Source of the DNA: Octopus bimaculoides
Lineage: Eukaryota
Assembly (NCBI RefSeq): GCF_001194135.2
Contig: NC_068986.1
Location: 15,512,534 to 15,576,533 of the forward strand
DNA length: 64,000 bases
Direction: 5' to 3'
Positions 13,480 to 27,121 of this stretch are shown here, piece by piece (positions within the stretch are counted from its first letter, which is position 1; every line of letters starts with the position of its first letter). The notes under the pieces are model-generated. The model saw only the letters and a program-made list of their open reading frames with translations, made no database searches and was not told the DNA's origin. Made by a program: the position numbers and the translations under genes.

Positions 13480-13810
13480 CCGGTTCGACTTTGCCTTTCA
13501 TCCTTTCAGGTTGATAAATTAAGTACCAGTTGCGTACGGAGGTCGATCTGATCGACTGGCCTCTTCCCCCGAAATTTCAGACCTTGTGCTTATGACAGAA
13601 ATAATTATTTACAATGACTTAAGATGGTGAGGTAGCGGAACTTTTAGCACGACGGACAAAATCCTTAATAGCATTTAGTCTGTCTTAACGTTGAATTTCA
13701 TCGTTTCGTGATCGATTAAATAAGTACAAGTTGCCCACTTGGCTGAATGTAACCAAATTGCTTCCTCCAACAGAAATCCAGGCTTGGCTTCTATAATAGA
13801 AAGGATTATC
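13480..13810 (+). mobile_element. Two decayed SINE family B units in tandem
   Basis: cgactttgcctttcatcctttcaggttgataaattaagtacc core, then a second head aagatggtgaggtagcggaacttttagcac. Confidence 0.7.
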
Positions 13811-13940
13811 TACATTAGTAGCAATATGCTTAGATGCAAATCAACATCAGCTCCTGTACGGGGAGGGACTATAGAAAGAAAACAGTAAGGAAGTACATTG
13901 ATAGCCGAGGAAATAAGTGTTAAGGGAGAGACTAAGAAGT

Positions 13941-13978
<38 letters not shown>

Positions 13979-14809
13979 GAGAGAGCGAGAGATAGTATGA
14001 GGTAGCTGAATTTTGTTATGATGGCGTAATATGAATTTAACATACATTTTTAGCAGTTTTTCTCAATAACATACATCATTTAAAAAAAATAATAATATTA
14101 TTTTCATATTATATTTCTCCTGGAAGAAATGTTTAATATGCCGGCTGATTTAATTTCATATACAAGACATATCCATTTCAAAAGACACATCAGCGTTTTT
14201 ATCGTTGTAACTTACTTCGTTTGCTAAGTAGTTTTCATATGAAGACTTGTTCCTTTCACTCCAGTTGAGCAAAATATTTCATGCAAAATGGAGAATGAAT
14301 TATAGACTCAGAATTCGGACGTGTGTACGGAACTGAACAAATACTGTGACTCACAGCTGCTTTGGAGCTTTCATGTATGCATAGACTCCTATCTACAATC
14401 TATAGAAAAATTTAAAATAAGACCCATTTAATTTCAACTGGATATTGCTTTTCTAGAAGACCTACAGCTTTATTTCCTTAGTTGACTCGTGAGACAACCT
14501 AATCTCCCATAATGTCTCAAATAAGTTTTTTTTACATCATGCTCATAAATTACATTTAATATAAATTACATTCTTAGCAAAAACGCCATTAATTTTCTTC
14601 AGTTAACAAATACTGACGCTTAAAATTTTATGTACATGTAACGTTGCATTAACGAGTAAAACTTAAAAAAAATATTTGTAAACCAACCCTCTACCTACTT
14701 CCGCTCCTTTCACATTTTTCAGTTTTGCCTTATTTAGATCCAGCATGAAGTTCCGAGGTCGTACATCACACCTGCCTACATGTGTGGACAAGCATCTCAA
14801 CGTTAAATG

Positions 14810-14990
14810 CAGCATGTTGGCAGAATTATTAGCACACCAGGCAAACTTTTCAGCGGCTTTCATCCGCCTTTACGTTGTGATTTCAAATTCTGTAGAAGTT
14901 GAATTTGCCTTGTATCCTATCGGGAGTCGATTAAAGAAGTATAAATACCAGATGATGTAATCGCTGGTGTTGTCCAAAAGATTTGAAATA
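14810..14990 (+). mobile_element. Decayed SINE family B
   Basis: gttggcagaattattagcacaccagg...ttcaaattctgtagaagttgaatttgccttgtatcctatcgggagtcgat. Confidence 0.6.
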
Positions 14991-17088
14991 AATTAATGAT
15001 TTGTGCCAATTTCACAAATAACTGCACAAGAGCCATTTTCAATTCCTAAAATATTTTGTACTTTCACACAGTTCATAAAAGCGATTCCTTTTACAGCATT
15101 TAATTCATGATTTACCATATTGATGGTGCATGCCTATATTGACTACAGTAAAGTTTGTTGTAGGGTTTATAGCTGTTTTATGAACAAATGACATTAAAAT
15201 CAAGATCGCCTTTATTTACATCATTTTAATTTTTTATTTTAATAATTGGAAATTTAATTATCATCTCATTTAATTATCATTTCAAATTTAATTATCATTT
15301 ATGCTGTTGCGTAATTTCAATGCATGTATTAAGATGCAGATTACCTTGTGGAATAAATTGTAATGATTTCAGACAAAGCGCAGTCGATGGACTGCCATAT
15401 CTCATTATCTGATCTCTGTTCTTTACTACCAAAATTTTCAAATTAACAGAAATAAAAACAGCCAAAAATGAAACACAGCTGTCTCACATAATCTCTGACC
15501 ATAATGCTAAATCGAATTAATCAAATTTGTATTTTGCAGTAAGACTGTGTGCCTTACACCGTAGTGAATTTCTTTAAAGGATTAAATGATGTGATCATGA
15601 CAAAATTTTCTGTTGCTAAAACTCATTTTTTCGAGAACCAGAATCTGGTGGTATTTCCATTAAAAGTGTTTCTGTGAAAAACAAATTAAATATTGAGCAT
15701 AAGCCCTTCCGTTCATATTGAAACATTTACGCATCGCACCCAAGCACCAGTTATATCCGAAAATAGTCTGGTCTTATTAACCTGCAATATGTGACATATT
15801 AATTGTTGCATCGTAATAATGTCATCCAAGTAACTCTGCAAACAATGAGATTCTATGCTTATACAATTGCATAACCAACCTCTGAAACTGAACTGTTAGT
15901 ATACGTTAAAATCTTTAATCAGCGTCGGAAATTTATGTATTTCTAATATAATATATGCATAATAACAACGCGACTACGAGTTAAGGAAACTGGAATATTT
16001 TGTCATGAGTTTATGCGCTAAGGTTTGTGTTCGGATTACGAAAAGCACTAAAGTTGTAGGGCACTAAAATATAACCCCCAGAATTAATAGTGCTGTTGAT
16101 ACTGAATGTACTTGGTAGCACAGTTTAGTCCTTCTTTCTATGTCAATATATTATACTCTTACTTACAAAATATTTTCTAAAACACATTTCTTTAAACAGC
16201 ATAACATTAATACGTAAGTCTATCGTCTGATCATTGTGATGAATAAAATCTAATTTCCGTTGAAAAATAAAAAAAATTTTTACAGCAAAGTAGATATGTA
16301 CTGTATTGATTATCTGCATCTGAAAAAGAAGCGATGTGCTGTCTATGAACTAAGTGAATGTCAAATAATGTTTTATATGTCGTGACTGCCCCGGAAATCT
16401 CTTATACTTTTCTATGTTCTTTTAATATATATATATATATATATTTGTTTTTTTTTCGTATCAATTGTTCCGAATCTCATTTGCTGGCTGTTTATGTCTG
16501 TAACATCTCATTCCAACATCTTTTCATTTCACTGTTTATGTGAGTATATGCATACACAAAAGCATAACACAAACACACTCACACACACACACACAGACAC
16601 ACACACTAACATACATACACATACATCTATTTATATATATATATATATATGTATATATATGCGTACACACTTACATAAACACATACACACAGAAACATAA
16701 TCACACATGCACACACATACACACATATACTTATTTATTTCGAGACGGAAATTTTGCAACAGGTGTGGAGATATTAATGTTCACCTGGTGCCACATGGAA
16801 AAGACGTGTTTTAAGTAATTGAGTTCATATAGAGTTACATACACAAGCACACATAATCAAACACACACAGATACTCATATTTGTGTGTGTTTGTGTGTGT
16901 GTGTGTGTGTGTCTATTTATAAAAGATGACCTGTAGTAGGCTTTCGCATACGTTCTATTATAATTAATCCGAAATAAAAACTGGACCGGTCAGTCAATAC
17001 GTTTCACTAGAGAGGTTCCTCCTTCACACACAGACAGACACATGTACACACATATATATACTTACAGCTATAATGATAACAACAATGA

Positions 17089-17119
<31 letters not shown>

Positions 17120-17121
17120 AA

Positions 17122-17181
<60 letters not shown>

Positions 17182-18661
17182 GAGTGAGAGAGCAGTGCAT
17201 GCCATCAAAGTGACACTGAGGTAAAATATGCGAAGCCCATTATACACATCATGACTACCTGTCTGATAAGGGTACACCAGGCACATGCATCACAACCATA
17301 TGTGAGCCACATGGTAATCTCACATCAAGATAAACAGCGCATGACCTCGCAGGTGGGGCCCAGTTAGAATTTTCTTCAAGTCGAGTAGCCCATCCCNNNN
17401 NNNNNNNNNNNNNNNNNNNNNNNNNNNNNNNNNNNNNNNNNNNNNNNNNNNNNNNNNNNNNNNNNNNNNNNNNNNNNNNNNNNNNNNNNNNNNNNNNNNN
17501 NNNNNNNNNNNNNNNNNNNNNNNNNNNNNNNNNNNNNNNNNNNNNNNNNNNNNNNNNNNNNNNNNNNNNNNNNNNNNNNNNNNNNNNNNNNNNNNNNNNN
17601 NNNNNNNNNNNNNNNNNNNNNNNNNNNNNNNNNNNNNNNNNNNNNNNNNNNNNNNNNNNNNNNNNNNNNNNNNNNNNNNNNNNNNNNNNNNNNNNNNNNN
17701 NNNNNNNNNNNNNNNNNNNNNNNNNNNNNNNNNNNNNNNNNNNNNNNNNNNNNNNNNNNNNNNNNNNNNNNNNNNNNNNNNNNNNNNNNNNNNNNNNNNN
17801 NNNNNNNNNNNNNNNNNNNNNNNNNNNNNNNNNNNNNNNNNNNNNNNNNNNNNNNNNNNNNNNNNNNNNNNNNNNNNNNNNNNNNNNNNNNNNNNNNNNN
17901 NNNNNNNNNNNNNNNNNNNNNNNNNNNNNNNNNNNNNNNNNNNNNNNNNNNNNNNNNNNNNNNNNNNNNNNNNNNNNNNNNNNNNNNNNNNNNNNNNNNN
18001 NNNNNNNNNNNNNNNNNNNNNNNNNNNNNNNNNNNNNNNNNNNNNNNNNNNNNNNNNNNNNNNNNNNNNNNNNNNNNNNNNNNNNNNNNNNNNNNNNNNN
18101 NNNNNNNNNNNNNNNNNNNNNNNNNNNNNNNNNNNNNNNNNNNNNNNNNNNNNNNNNNNNNNNNNNNNNNNNNNNNNNNNNNNNNNNNNNNNNNNNNNNN
18201 NNNNNNNNNNNNNNNNNNNNNNNNNNNNNNNNNNNNNNNNNNNNNNNNNNNNNNNNNNNNNNNNNNNNNNNNNNNNNNNNNTCTTTGTCTGATCTTTTAT
18301 AATAATATCCGGTTTATTAGCTTTTATAGTCTTGTCGGTATGTACGGGGAAGTCTTCTAACATTTGCTAATCTGTTTTCGTCTAGATTTGGTCTGCTAGC
18401 TGGATTCCGGCTCCTCCAAATTCTGTAGGAGTTTGCAGTGTGTTTCTCTTGGGTTGGCCTACTTAATGCAAAGTAATAAGTGTATGTTACTTCTTTATAT
18501 TCTTCCCGGTTCCATTTAATTCTTTTACATTTTTGATTTTGTGGTCGTTGTGGTGGTGAACTTTGGGGGCTTAATTTGGGACAAATCCCGTCTAAGTGAC
18601 CTTCCAGGCTCGTATTCGGGGAAGATATTCTGCCATTTGAAAATTGTTCGTCGTCAGGCTG
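17182..18661 (-). mobile_element. R4/Dong-type non-LTR element with apparent deletion of the RT domain, inserted in (TAA)n
   Basis: N-terminal KRIKWNREEYKEVTYTYY...YRIWRSRNP...DENRLANVRR is joined directly to the endonuclease motif DFPVHTDKTIKANKPDIIIKD. The 3' end runs into (AAT)n. Flanked by (ATT)n at about 17092-17181 and 18662-18718. The gap at 17397-18281 hides the middle, so both sides belonging to one element is assumed. Confidence 0.8.
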
Positions 18662-18718
<57 letters not shown>

Positions 18719-19080
18719 TCCTTTACACAGCTTCTAACGCTGGAGATGTACTACAATGTCAGCTGTTCACTTCCAGTGAACTAAGGTAATACTTCGTATT
18801 TTTCGAGCACCTTCCGGAGTATTCGAGCGGTTCCAAGCAGTGCTGTTTTCTGCAAGTGCTCCACCCCTATCGCAGCCCCTATTTGTTCCGCATACTTCCC
18901 GAAATTTTTACTCACTGTTCCCTGGGCTCCCACAATTATTGGTACTACTGCTACCTTTTTCATCGACCACCACTGCATAACTTCCCAAGCTAACCTGTTA
19001 TATCTCTCGACTTTTCTTTCTTCTTTATCGCATACCTTATTGTCAACTGGACATGCTGTATCTATGATCCAGCATAGTTT
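18719..19080 (-). mobile_element. R4/Dong-type LINE, 5'-truncated (endonuclease C-terminus and 3' UTR)
   Basis: CWIIDTACPVDNKVCDKEERKVERYNRLAWEV...VVPIIVGAQG...HLQKTALLGTARILRKVLEK; the 3' end abuts (AAT)n. Confidence 0.9.
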
Positions 19081-19110
19081 GTGTATGTATGTATGTATGT
19101 ATGTATGTAT

Positions 19111-19169
<59 letters not shown>

Positions 19170-19596
19170 TTATCTATTATGAAAGGCCCACGGATAGTTC
19201 TTAATTACCGGTTATTCTTTACTTGAAATCAGGTAACAACAAATCTCCAAAGGTTTCAATTAGTTCCTTCTCCTCATCAACTATTATCAGATACGAAACA
19301 TTGATACCGCAGTTGAGAATATCCACCTGCCAAACTTTGTTCGCAATTTTCATAATTTTAACAACAACCAAGTCAAATCTATGGGACTGTGACCATCACG
19401 ACTGAATTCAATAGTAGTACCGATCATTTATTATGCATATTTCTTCCTACTTTTGAATATAAAACCAGATTTCTTATATTGTTCTCAACATACAAATTTT
19501 CACTAAAATGAAACAGTATTCAAAAATACCACAAATCAACTGCTTTTTTCTCAGTATTTTAAAACATGTCTATCAAAGTTTCATGACACATTTCTA

Positions 19597-19920
19597 GTGG
19601 TCATGATGGAGACATGGATAATGATGATGATGTTGATGATGGTGATGATGACGATGATGATTATGCTGCTGCTGCTGCTGATGATGATGAAGATGATGAT
19701 GAAGATGATGATTGTGGTGGTGGTGCTGATGGTGGTGATGATGGTGGTGATTATGATGATGGCGATGAAGATGATGATGATGGTGATGGTGGTGGTGGTG
19801 GTGGTGGAGGTAGTGGAGGTGGTGGTGATGGTGGTAGTGGAGCTGATGATGGCGGTGATGATGGTGTTGATGATGATGGTGATGATGATGATGATTATGG
19901 TGTTGACGATGATGACAACG
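19597..19920. repeat. Compound trinucleotide microsatellite (GAT/GGT/GCT)n
   Basis: Direct reading; source of the poly-D/M/G ORFs. Confidence 0.9.
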
Positions 19921-20141
19921 GACTAAATGGCAAAGCGTTTTAGTGTAGTCGGTTTGTTGAAGTGGCCATTCTGGGGGCTCGATATCTCAATTAAAATTTA
20001 CATATTGTATCGGGACAACATTGAGAAATAAACCTTATTTAAAAATATGAGTCCTTGTCTGAATATAAAATTTTATCATCGCAAATATCAGTCGCGTTAA
20101 TGATATTAACCTCCACAACAATGATAAAGATGATGATGATG

Positions 20142-20209
<68 letters not shown>

Positions 20210-20212
<3 letters not shown>

Positions 20213-20470
20213 TCCTATCATAGTAGGTTCCTTATGTATAATAAAAAAATATTCAGACAGATACATAACAAAAACACCAGGACTTACAAATATATATATA
20301 TAACATACAGAAAATTGCACTACTGGGTACTGCACACATTCTACGCAAAACACTTTCAATACAGTAAACATAAGAGCACCACAGCAAACCACAGCACATA
20401 CCCAAGGCGCACAGAGCTGAGCTCGGTAGTGAAGTGAAAGCACGTTATAAAAATAAAACTACTGAATAAT
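20210..20470 (+). mobile_element. R4/Dong-type LINE, short 5'-truncated copy (third lineage)
   Basis: IPIIVGSLCIIKKYSDRYITKTPGLTNI / IQKIALLGTAHILRKTLSIQ*, with a frameshift in a TA run. (AAT)n on both sides. Confidence 0.85.
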
Positions 20471-21002
20471 AATAGTAATAATAATAATAATAACGACGAC
20501 AGCGAATTTAATCTTATCTTTAATTGTTGGTCGAAACTAAACTAGTAAAAGCTTTGCTCGTTAAAGCTCATTTGACAAGATCTCATACAAACGAATGAAA
20601 GATTTTCAAAATTGTCGACCTTTAATCCAGTCGATGAGATCAAAGAAGTGCCAACTCGCATTTAGTAGCCTAAGTTAGTGATCTGCATCGAATGAATCAT
20701 TAGCACTTGAGCTTAATAACAGCCAAATGATCAACTTCAGCTAGTTGCGGTCGCCTTTTCCTAGCTATCTTTATATAATTACTGAAAAGGATAGATTTTC
20801 GATTTCACTACACGTATTCTGTTAACGTAATTACGTATAAAAGGACGTCTATGAAACAGCAATTACCATTATCTGTTTCTTTTAAAGATTTCACTCCGCG
20901 CATAATCGCAAAGAAACTAACCTATGCACTTTTAAACTATGAACTAATGTGGGATTTTATAGCCACCGCTCCGACTGTGCTATTCACACACACATGCGCG
21001 CG

Positions 21003-21047
<45 letters not shown>

Positions 21048-21510
21048 TTATGCATGTATGTATGTATGTATACACAGACCATAGTCTTGTAAATAAAGTG
21101 TAACAGAAATATCTATATAAATGAGTATTAAACGGAACGTGTAGTTTCAGGGATCAAAACACGATTTAACGCTGTTTGAATTAAATGAAGCGATGAATTA
21201 ATGCCTTTTTCATTCCTCTAAATGGGATGACTTAGCGTAACATAGTTGATAACGAATCTTACTTGCATCCCTTTGAGTATTGAGATAAAATCTATAGCAT
21301 AGCTTTTGATAGATTTCGTACTAGCTTTGAGCAGACATGGTTATATTATTAACGGCAAATATTTAATGTATATGATAACCAGCGTCAGGACGGTACAAAT
21401 TCAAAATCAAAAGAAAACCAGCAGCAAATGAATGGGGATGTTATGTTGTTACAATGTGTAATGTGGAATACTTCCATATGTCTAGGGTAAAAATTATTCA
21501 CAGCATAAAC

Positions 21511-21730
21511 GCTAGCGTGGCTGCGTGGTAAGAACATTGCTTCCCAGCTTCATGGTTCCGGGTTCAACCCCACTGCGTGGCTACTGGGACGGGTGCCTTC
21601 TAATGTAGCCTCGGGCCGACCAACGCCTTGTGAGTGTATTTGGTGGACGGAAACGAGAAAAAGCCCGTCGTTTATAAGCATGTGTGTGCGCTTGCGTCTC
21701 CCTCCAGCCATCGCTTCACAACCGATGCCC
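21511..21730 (+). mobile_element. SINE family A, 5' two-thirds
   Basis: gcgtggctgcgtggtaag...catggttccgggttcaaccccactgcgtgg; interrupted by the family B array. Confidence 0.8.
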
Positions 21731-22257
21731 GAAATTTTTGAGGAGGTGTGGAAGTCAGTTAGATCGACCCCAGTACGCAAATGGTACTTAATTTATCGAC
21801 CCCAAAAGAATGAAAGGCAGTGTCGAGCTCGGCGGAATTTGATCTCAGAATATAAAGTGAGACGAAATACCGGTAAGGATTTCGCGCGACGTGCTAACGT
21901 TTCTTATTTCCTTATTGTCCACAAGGGATTAAACATAGAGGGGACAAACAAGGACAGAGAAAGTCATTAAGTCGATTACATCGACCCCAGTGCGTACCTG
22001 GTACTTAATTTATCGAACTCGAAAGGATGAAAGGCAAAGTCGACCTCGGCGGAATTTGAACTCAGAACGTAACGGCAAACGAAATACCTATTTCTTTACT
22101 GCCCACAAGAGGCTACACACAGAGGGGACAAACACAGACAGACAAACGGATTAAGTCGATTATATCGACCCCAGTGCGTAACTGGTACTTAATTTATCGA
22201 CCCCGAAAGGATGAAAGATAAAGTCGACCTCGGCGGAATTTAAACTCAGAACGTAAC
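21730..22257 (-). mobile_element. Head-to-tail array of at least three SINE family B units, running into a gap
   Basis: Three repeats of ggtacttaatttatcgac..cgaaaggatgaaaggcaaagtcgacctcggcggaatttgaactcagaacg. Confidence 0.9.
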
Positions 22258-22773
22258 NNNNNNNNNNNNNNNNNNNNNNNNNNNNNNNNNNNNNNNNNNN
22301 NNNNNNNNNNNNNNNNNNNNNNNNNNNNNNNNNNNNNNNNNNNNNNNNNNNNNNNNNNNNNNNNNNNNNNNNNNNNNNNNNNNNNNNNNNNNNNNNNNNN
22401 NNNNNNNNNNNNNNNNNNNNNNNNNNNNNNNNNNNNNNNNNNNNNNNNNNNNNNNNNNNNNNNNNNNNNNNNNNNNNNNNNNNNNNNNNNNNNNNNNNNN
22501 NNNNNNNNNNNNNNNNNNNNNNNNNNNNNNNNNNNNNNNNNNNNNNNNNNNNNNNNNNNNNNNNNNNNNNNNNNNNNNNNNNNNNNNNNNNNNNNNNNNN
22601 NNNNNNNNNNNNNNNNNNNNNNNNNNNNNNNNNNNNNNNNNNNNNNNNNNNNNNNNNNNNNNNNNNNNNNNNNNNNNNNNNNNNNNNNNNNNNNNNNNNN
22701 NNNNNNNNNNNNNNNNNNNNNNNNNNNNNNNNNNNNNNNNNNNNNNNNNNNNNNNNNNNNNNNNNNNNNNNNN

Positions 22774-22805
<32 letters not shown>

Positions 22806-22883
22806 CACACAAAACACGTTTTTGTATTCATTTTTATTCACACACTCACACATACACACACACACACACACACGCACACACAC

Positions 22884-22922
<39 letters not shown>

Positions 22923-23057
22923 ACAAAATAGGGAGACAAGTCCAGGTAGATATCAATTCACTCTGAAATTTGGTTTTGACCGCACGTAGTATAAATGCCA
23001 GTTAAAATACTTAAGGCAGTAGGTCCCGAGAGAATGTAATAAGGTAGACAATGTAAA

Positions 23058-23392
23058 CAGATATACTAATCCTTTATTTATTTATCCATATATATATATA
23101 AATAATTATCCGACTTATGTTTCTGCTTAATTACTAAGAGGTGCTTCTATTTTAATTAGTAATTGAATAAATAAATAATTAATAATTGAATAATTGTCAA
23201 TACAATGCATATAGTAAAAACAGGTTCTTCAGGGATTCCAACGCAATTCTTAGTTACACCATTATTTAATTATTAATTATTTATTTATTTAACCACTAAT
23301 TAAATTATATTTACTCTTAGTAATTAAGCAGAAACATATGTCCGATAATTATTTATTTATATGGATAACTAAATAAAGGATTATTATATCTG
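23058..23392. repeat. Foldback (inverted repeat) with ~135-bp arms
   Basis: For example tatgtttctgcttaattactaagag vs ctcttagtaattaagcagaaacata, and atcctttatttatttatccata vs tatggataactaaataaaggat. Confidence 0.85.
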
Positions 23393-23399
23393 CCTTCAT

Positions 23400-23433
<34 letters not shown>

Positions 23434-24354
23434 AACGTATACACCAATAAGTGGGGAACGTTATATGTATCTGTGTATCCGTGTGGATCTTCATGTGATA
23501 AGTTCACGTATGCAGGTATGTTTAAGTTTATAGTTGTTAGGTGATACTCATTAAATTTTTAAGCTTTCTACAATCAATAAAGTGTCACGACGATACCTTT
23601 AATACTGAAACTAGATATGGCTGTATTTAATGCCTATTGAATGCATTTAATACATTTTTCTAATCATTTAATATCAGAACTATTATGAAAAAATACCTTC
23701 GGTTTTGAAATATGCCTTTTTGATATTTCAAGTCATTATATTTTTATTTACATGTCTAATGTTCACAAATAGAAAAAACTGGTTCATGTAGTTGTCATTT
23801 AACTAATACTGATATCGCCTTTAATTGACTAATATTTGAAAAAAAAAACAAAACGGTTTTCTTTTAATTAACGACTTTTAATGATAGTTTCAATCGACTT
23901 GTACATACTATTAATTAATTTTAGATTCACTAAATTTATGTAACAAAATAAATAGAATGAAATTTGCTTTGAAAGGGAAATGATTATCGTTCAAGCTGAC
24001 AACATTTTAATGACCAAACGGTAGAAGACGTAAAAAGCAAGTTTCGATTTACAAATGTTTGTTTGAATCGCTTTTATAATCGATTAATGTTTAATCATTT
24101 CTACTATTATTTAAAAAAAAATATTAGAATTGTTTTTGAAAATATTGTCAATTAACATGTACATTATATAAATAAAATTTCGAGTAAACAAATTAATTTT
24201 CTGAAGTTTAGACCGTGATGTTCACTAACAATGAATTTCTATAGCGTTCCCCTTTATATTATTATATAATAGCATAATGTCCAATATTTTGCGTTGTATA
24301 TTTTTCAATAGTATACCCCGTGCGATTTGTACTCTAATATGATGCAACAATTAT

Positions 24355-24570
24355 GAAGCGAGCTGGCAGAATCTTTAGCAAGCCGGACTAAAATGAGTAG
24401 TGGCATTTCGTCCGTCATTAGGGTCTGAGTTCAAATTCCGCCGAGGTCGACTTTGCCAGTCATCCTTTCGGGGTCGATACGATAAGTGCCAGTTAAGCGC
24501 TCGGGTCGATGTAATCGATTTACTGCCGCTACTGCAGTTGCTGGCTCTGTGCCAAATTTGAAATAAATAT
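24355..24570 (+). mobile_element. SINE family B monomer
   Basis: gcgagctggcagaatctttagc...gagttcaaattccgccgaggtcgactttgcc..tcatcctttcggggtcgat. Confidence 0.85.
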
Positions 24571-24649
24571 TATGCAACACTTTTGACGATTACACTTTAA
24601 TTAATTAACAGTAATTTTTAGATAATTTTGAAAGAGCTTGTTTTGGTAG

Positions 24650-24850
24650 TTTTTCTACTGCACGGAAGATCGCTGTTTCGATTCCGGAAACGGACGTTGC
24701 GTTGTGTTCTTGAGAAAATCATTTCATTTAGCGTTGCCTTGCACCAGTTCACTCATCTGTAAAATGAATTAAGTTGAGACGGACTGATGTCCCGTTCAGT
24801 GGAGGTATTGCCATCTCTGTCACCTATATCTCATAGAAACCGGGCAATCG
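24650..24850 (+). mobile_element. SINE family C, decayed
   Basis: gtttcgattcc...gcgttgtgttcttgag...cagttcactcatctgtaaaatga...gacggactgatgtcccgttcag...catagaaaccggg, homologous to 47.9 and 51.3 kb copies. Confidence 0.7.
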
Positions 24851-25778
24851 ATCAGTTAATAAAACCAGTTTACATAGTTTTTTTGCGTTCTCTTTTTTAT
24901 AATTGTCGTTTTACTCGCAACTACACTATTTCTGTTTTAAAACCCTTAAAATTTATTTTTTTAGTGGTTTTGGCGGGCTGGAACAGATTAATTATATTTT
25001 AGTTAATTTCAATGGGGAAAATTGATTTGTAAAACGAATAAATTGTAGGACGAGTTCTGTCATGGAACGAATTAAACTCGTTTTACGAGCTGTCACTCAA
25101 TCTCCTTTGTCGTCCACATCAAATAATTCTGGTTAGAATGAAGTGTTAAAAACAATGTGTTAAATTCGAAGAACTCATTTTGTGCAATTGTAGAACGTCT
25201 GTCATGTTTAAATGTGATGGAGGTCTGTATCCCATGGGCAATCTACGACTCTTTCTATCCAAAAAGTCTCTTTTTTTTAACCCTTTATTTGCATGCTGTT
25301 ATATATAGCTTTGTCTGCTTCAAGAGCCAACGTTCTAAAAAAAGAACTATGTTCTGTTAAACTTACTAAATTCTTATGACGTCAATATATATACATGCAC
25401 ACATACATACAAACATATATATGTATGTTTGTATGTCTGTGTGTGTGTGCATGTATACACGCACACGCACACAGGCACAGACACAGACACACATACATAT
25501 GAATTGTTTACAGCCATATTTCCTTGTAGTAAGTGCGGTATTCTGCTTCTGTATACGTATGCGCCTGAATTATTCCCTTATTTTAATGCTCTTTCGTAAA
25601 TCTTTTCATGTTAAGCGGTGCTGAATGAAAGCAACAATAAAAAAACTTAAAATGATTTGTTGAGAACATTACTTTCTAATACAATTCGGTTTAAAAGATT
25701 TTATAAATACAAGTATTAGCGTACGCTTCTACAAAGATATATATAAATACAGGTGTCTGTGTATGTGCNNNNNNNNNN

Positions 25779-25813
<35 letters not shown>

Positions 25814-26690
25814 GATTTATAACTAGATATATAAAGAAAGCATAAGTACATACATGCAATACATTCATACATACATATATACATAGATTCATAGATACAT
25901 AGATACATACACTCATATAGGCAGGCTTATAATGGGTCCTGTATGTACATATATTCTCTATATGTGCATATACATTATAGAAGTACTTATCAATGTATAT
26001 ATCTGTACGTTTAGGTGTTTGCGTCTTTTTGTGCTTTGGCTGTAAGAGCATGCGTAGACACCTATTACCAAACCGAAGGAAAGAAAGCAATACTAAGCAG
26101 GCATTTTCACTAAGCAATTGCAGTAAGTTTTCGTTTTACTTCTCTTCACATCACATATTTGAATAGCTTCAAAGGCATAAACATAGCACAGAAATCTAAA
26201 CCCACAGAATCTATAAGACTGTAAAGCAACAACGGAAACATAAAATGGATGTTAAAGGCAATAACATAGTATTCGGTTAGTTTCGATGTATAGCGGCTCT
26301 TGTACTGATACTTAGTTACATTTTTCAAGCATATTTTGTCGCTATTTATACATTTGTTGTTTATAGCATGATGGTCTCTATTTATTATATCATTCAGTTC
26401 TTTTTATCTCAGTCAACCATTTTGTTTGTCTCACTCTTCTAGTTTCTTTAGATATATTTTAGGCTGTAAAACCCATTTGTATCACATTTATATTTTACCC
26501 GTCCTATCTCTGTATATTTTTTATCTACCCGCATAAACGACTCACTGTATTACGTTTGATATATCATGTCGCGCCTGTTGTATCTTGGACAGCCAATTTG
26601 ATTTCGCACGCTGAATAATGTTTTTATGTAATGTAGACATGTTAATATACATGATGACTTAGAAAATATTACAACCAAATACATACATAC

Positions 26691-26850
26691 AGGCGTGGCT
26701 GAGTGGTACAAAGCTGGCCTCCGAAAGCAAATGATTCCGGGTTCAGTCCTACTCCATGGCACCTTGGCCAAGCGTTTGCTACTGTATTCACGTGCCGACC
26801 AACCAAAGGCTTGTGAGTGTGGACTTGGCAAATTGAAACAAGCCCATCGC
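26691..26850 (+). mobile_element. SINE family A, 5' half ending in (GT)n(AT)n
   Basis: aggcgtggctgagtggta...gattccgggttcagtcctactccatggcaccttggccaag. Confidence 0.75.
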
Positions 26851-26926
<76 letters not shown>

Positions 26927-27121
26927 ATAGATAGATAGATAAATATAGATATATACATATATGTGTTTGTACTACTATTTGTAACACTCTATCTAGGTAT
27001 GCATATGTACGCAAGTTTAATTATTTCACCAAATTCTAGATGTGTTTTCATGCTTTTTTTTTTAATGACTAGGATTCTATACTTTAACACATGTATGTCT
27101 TAATGTTGTTCAAAAAGTTAT

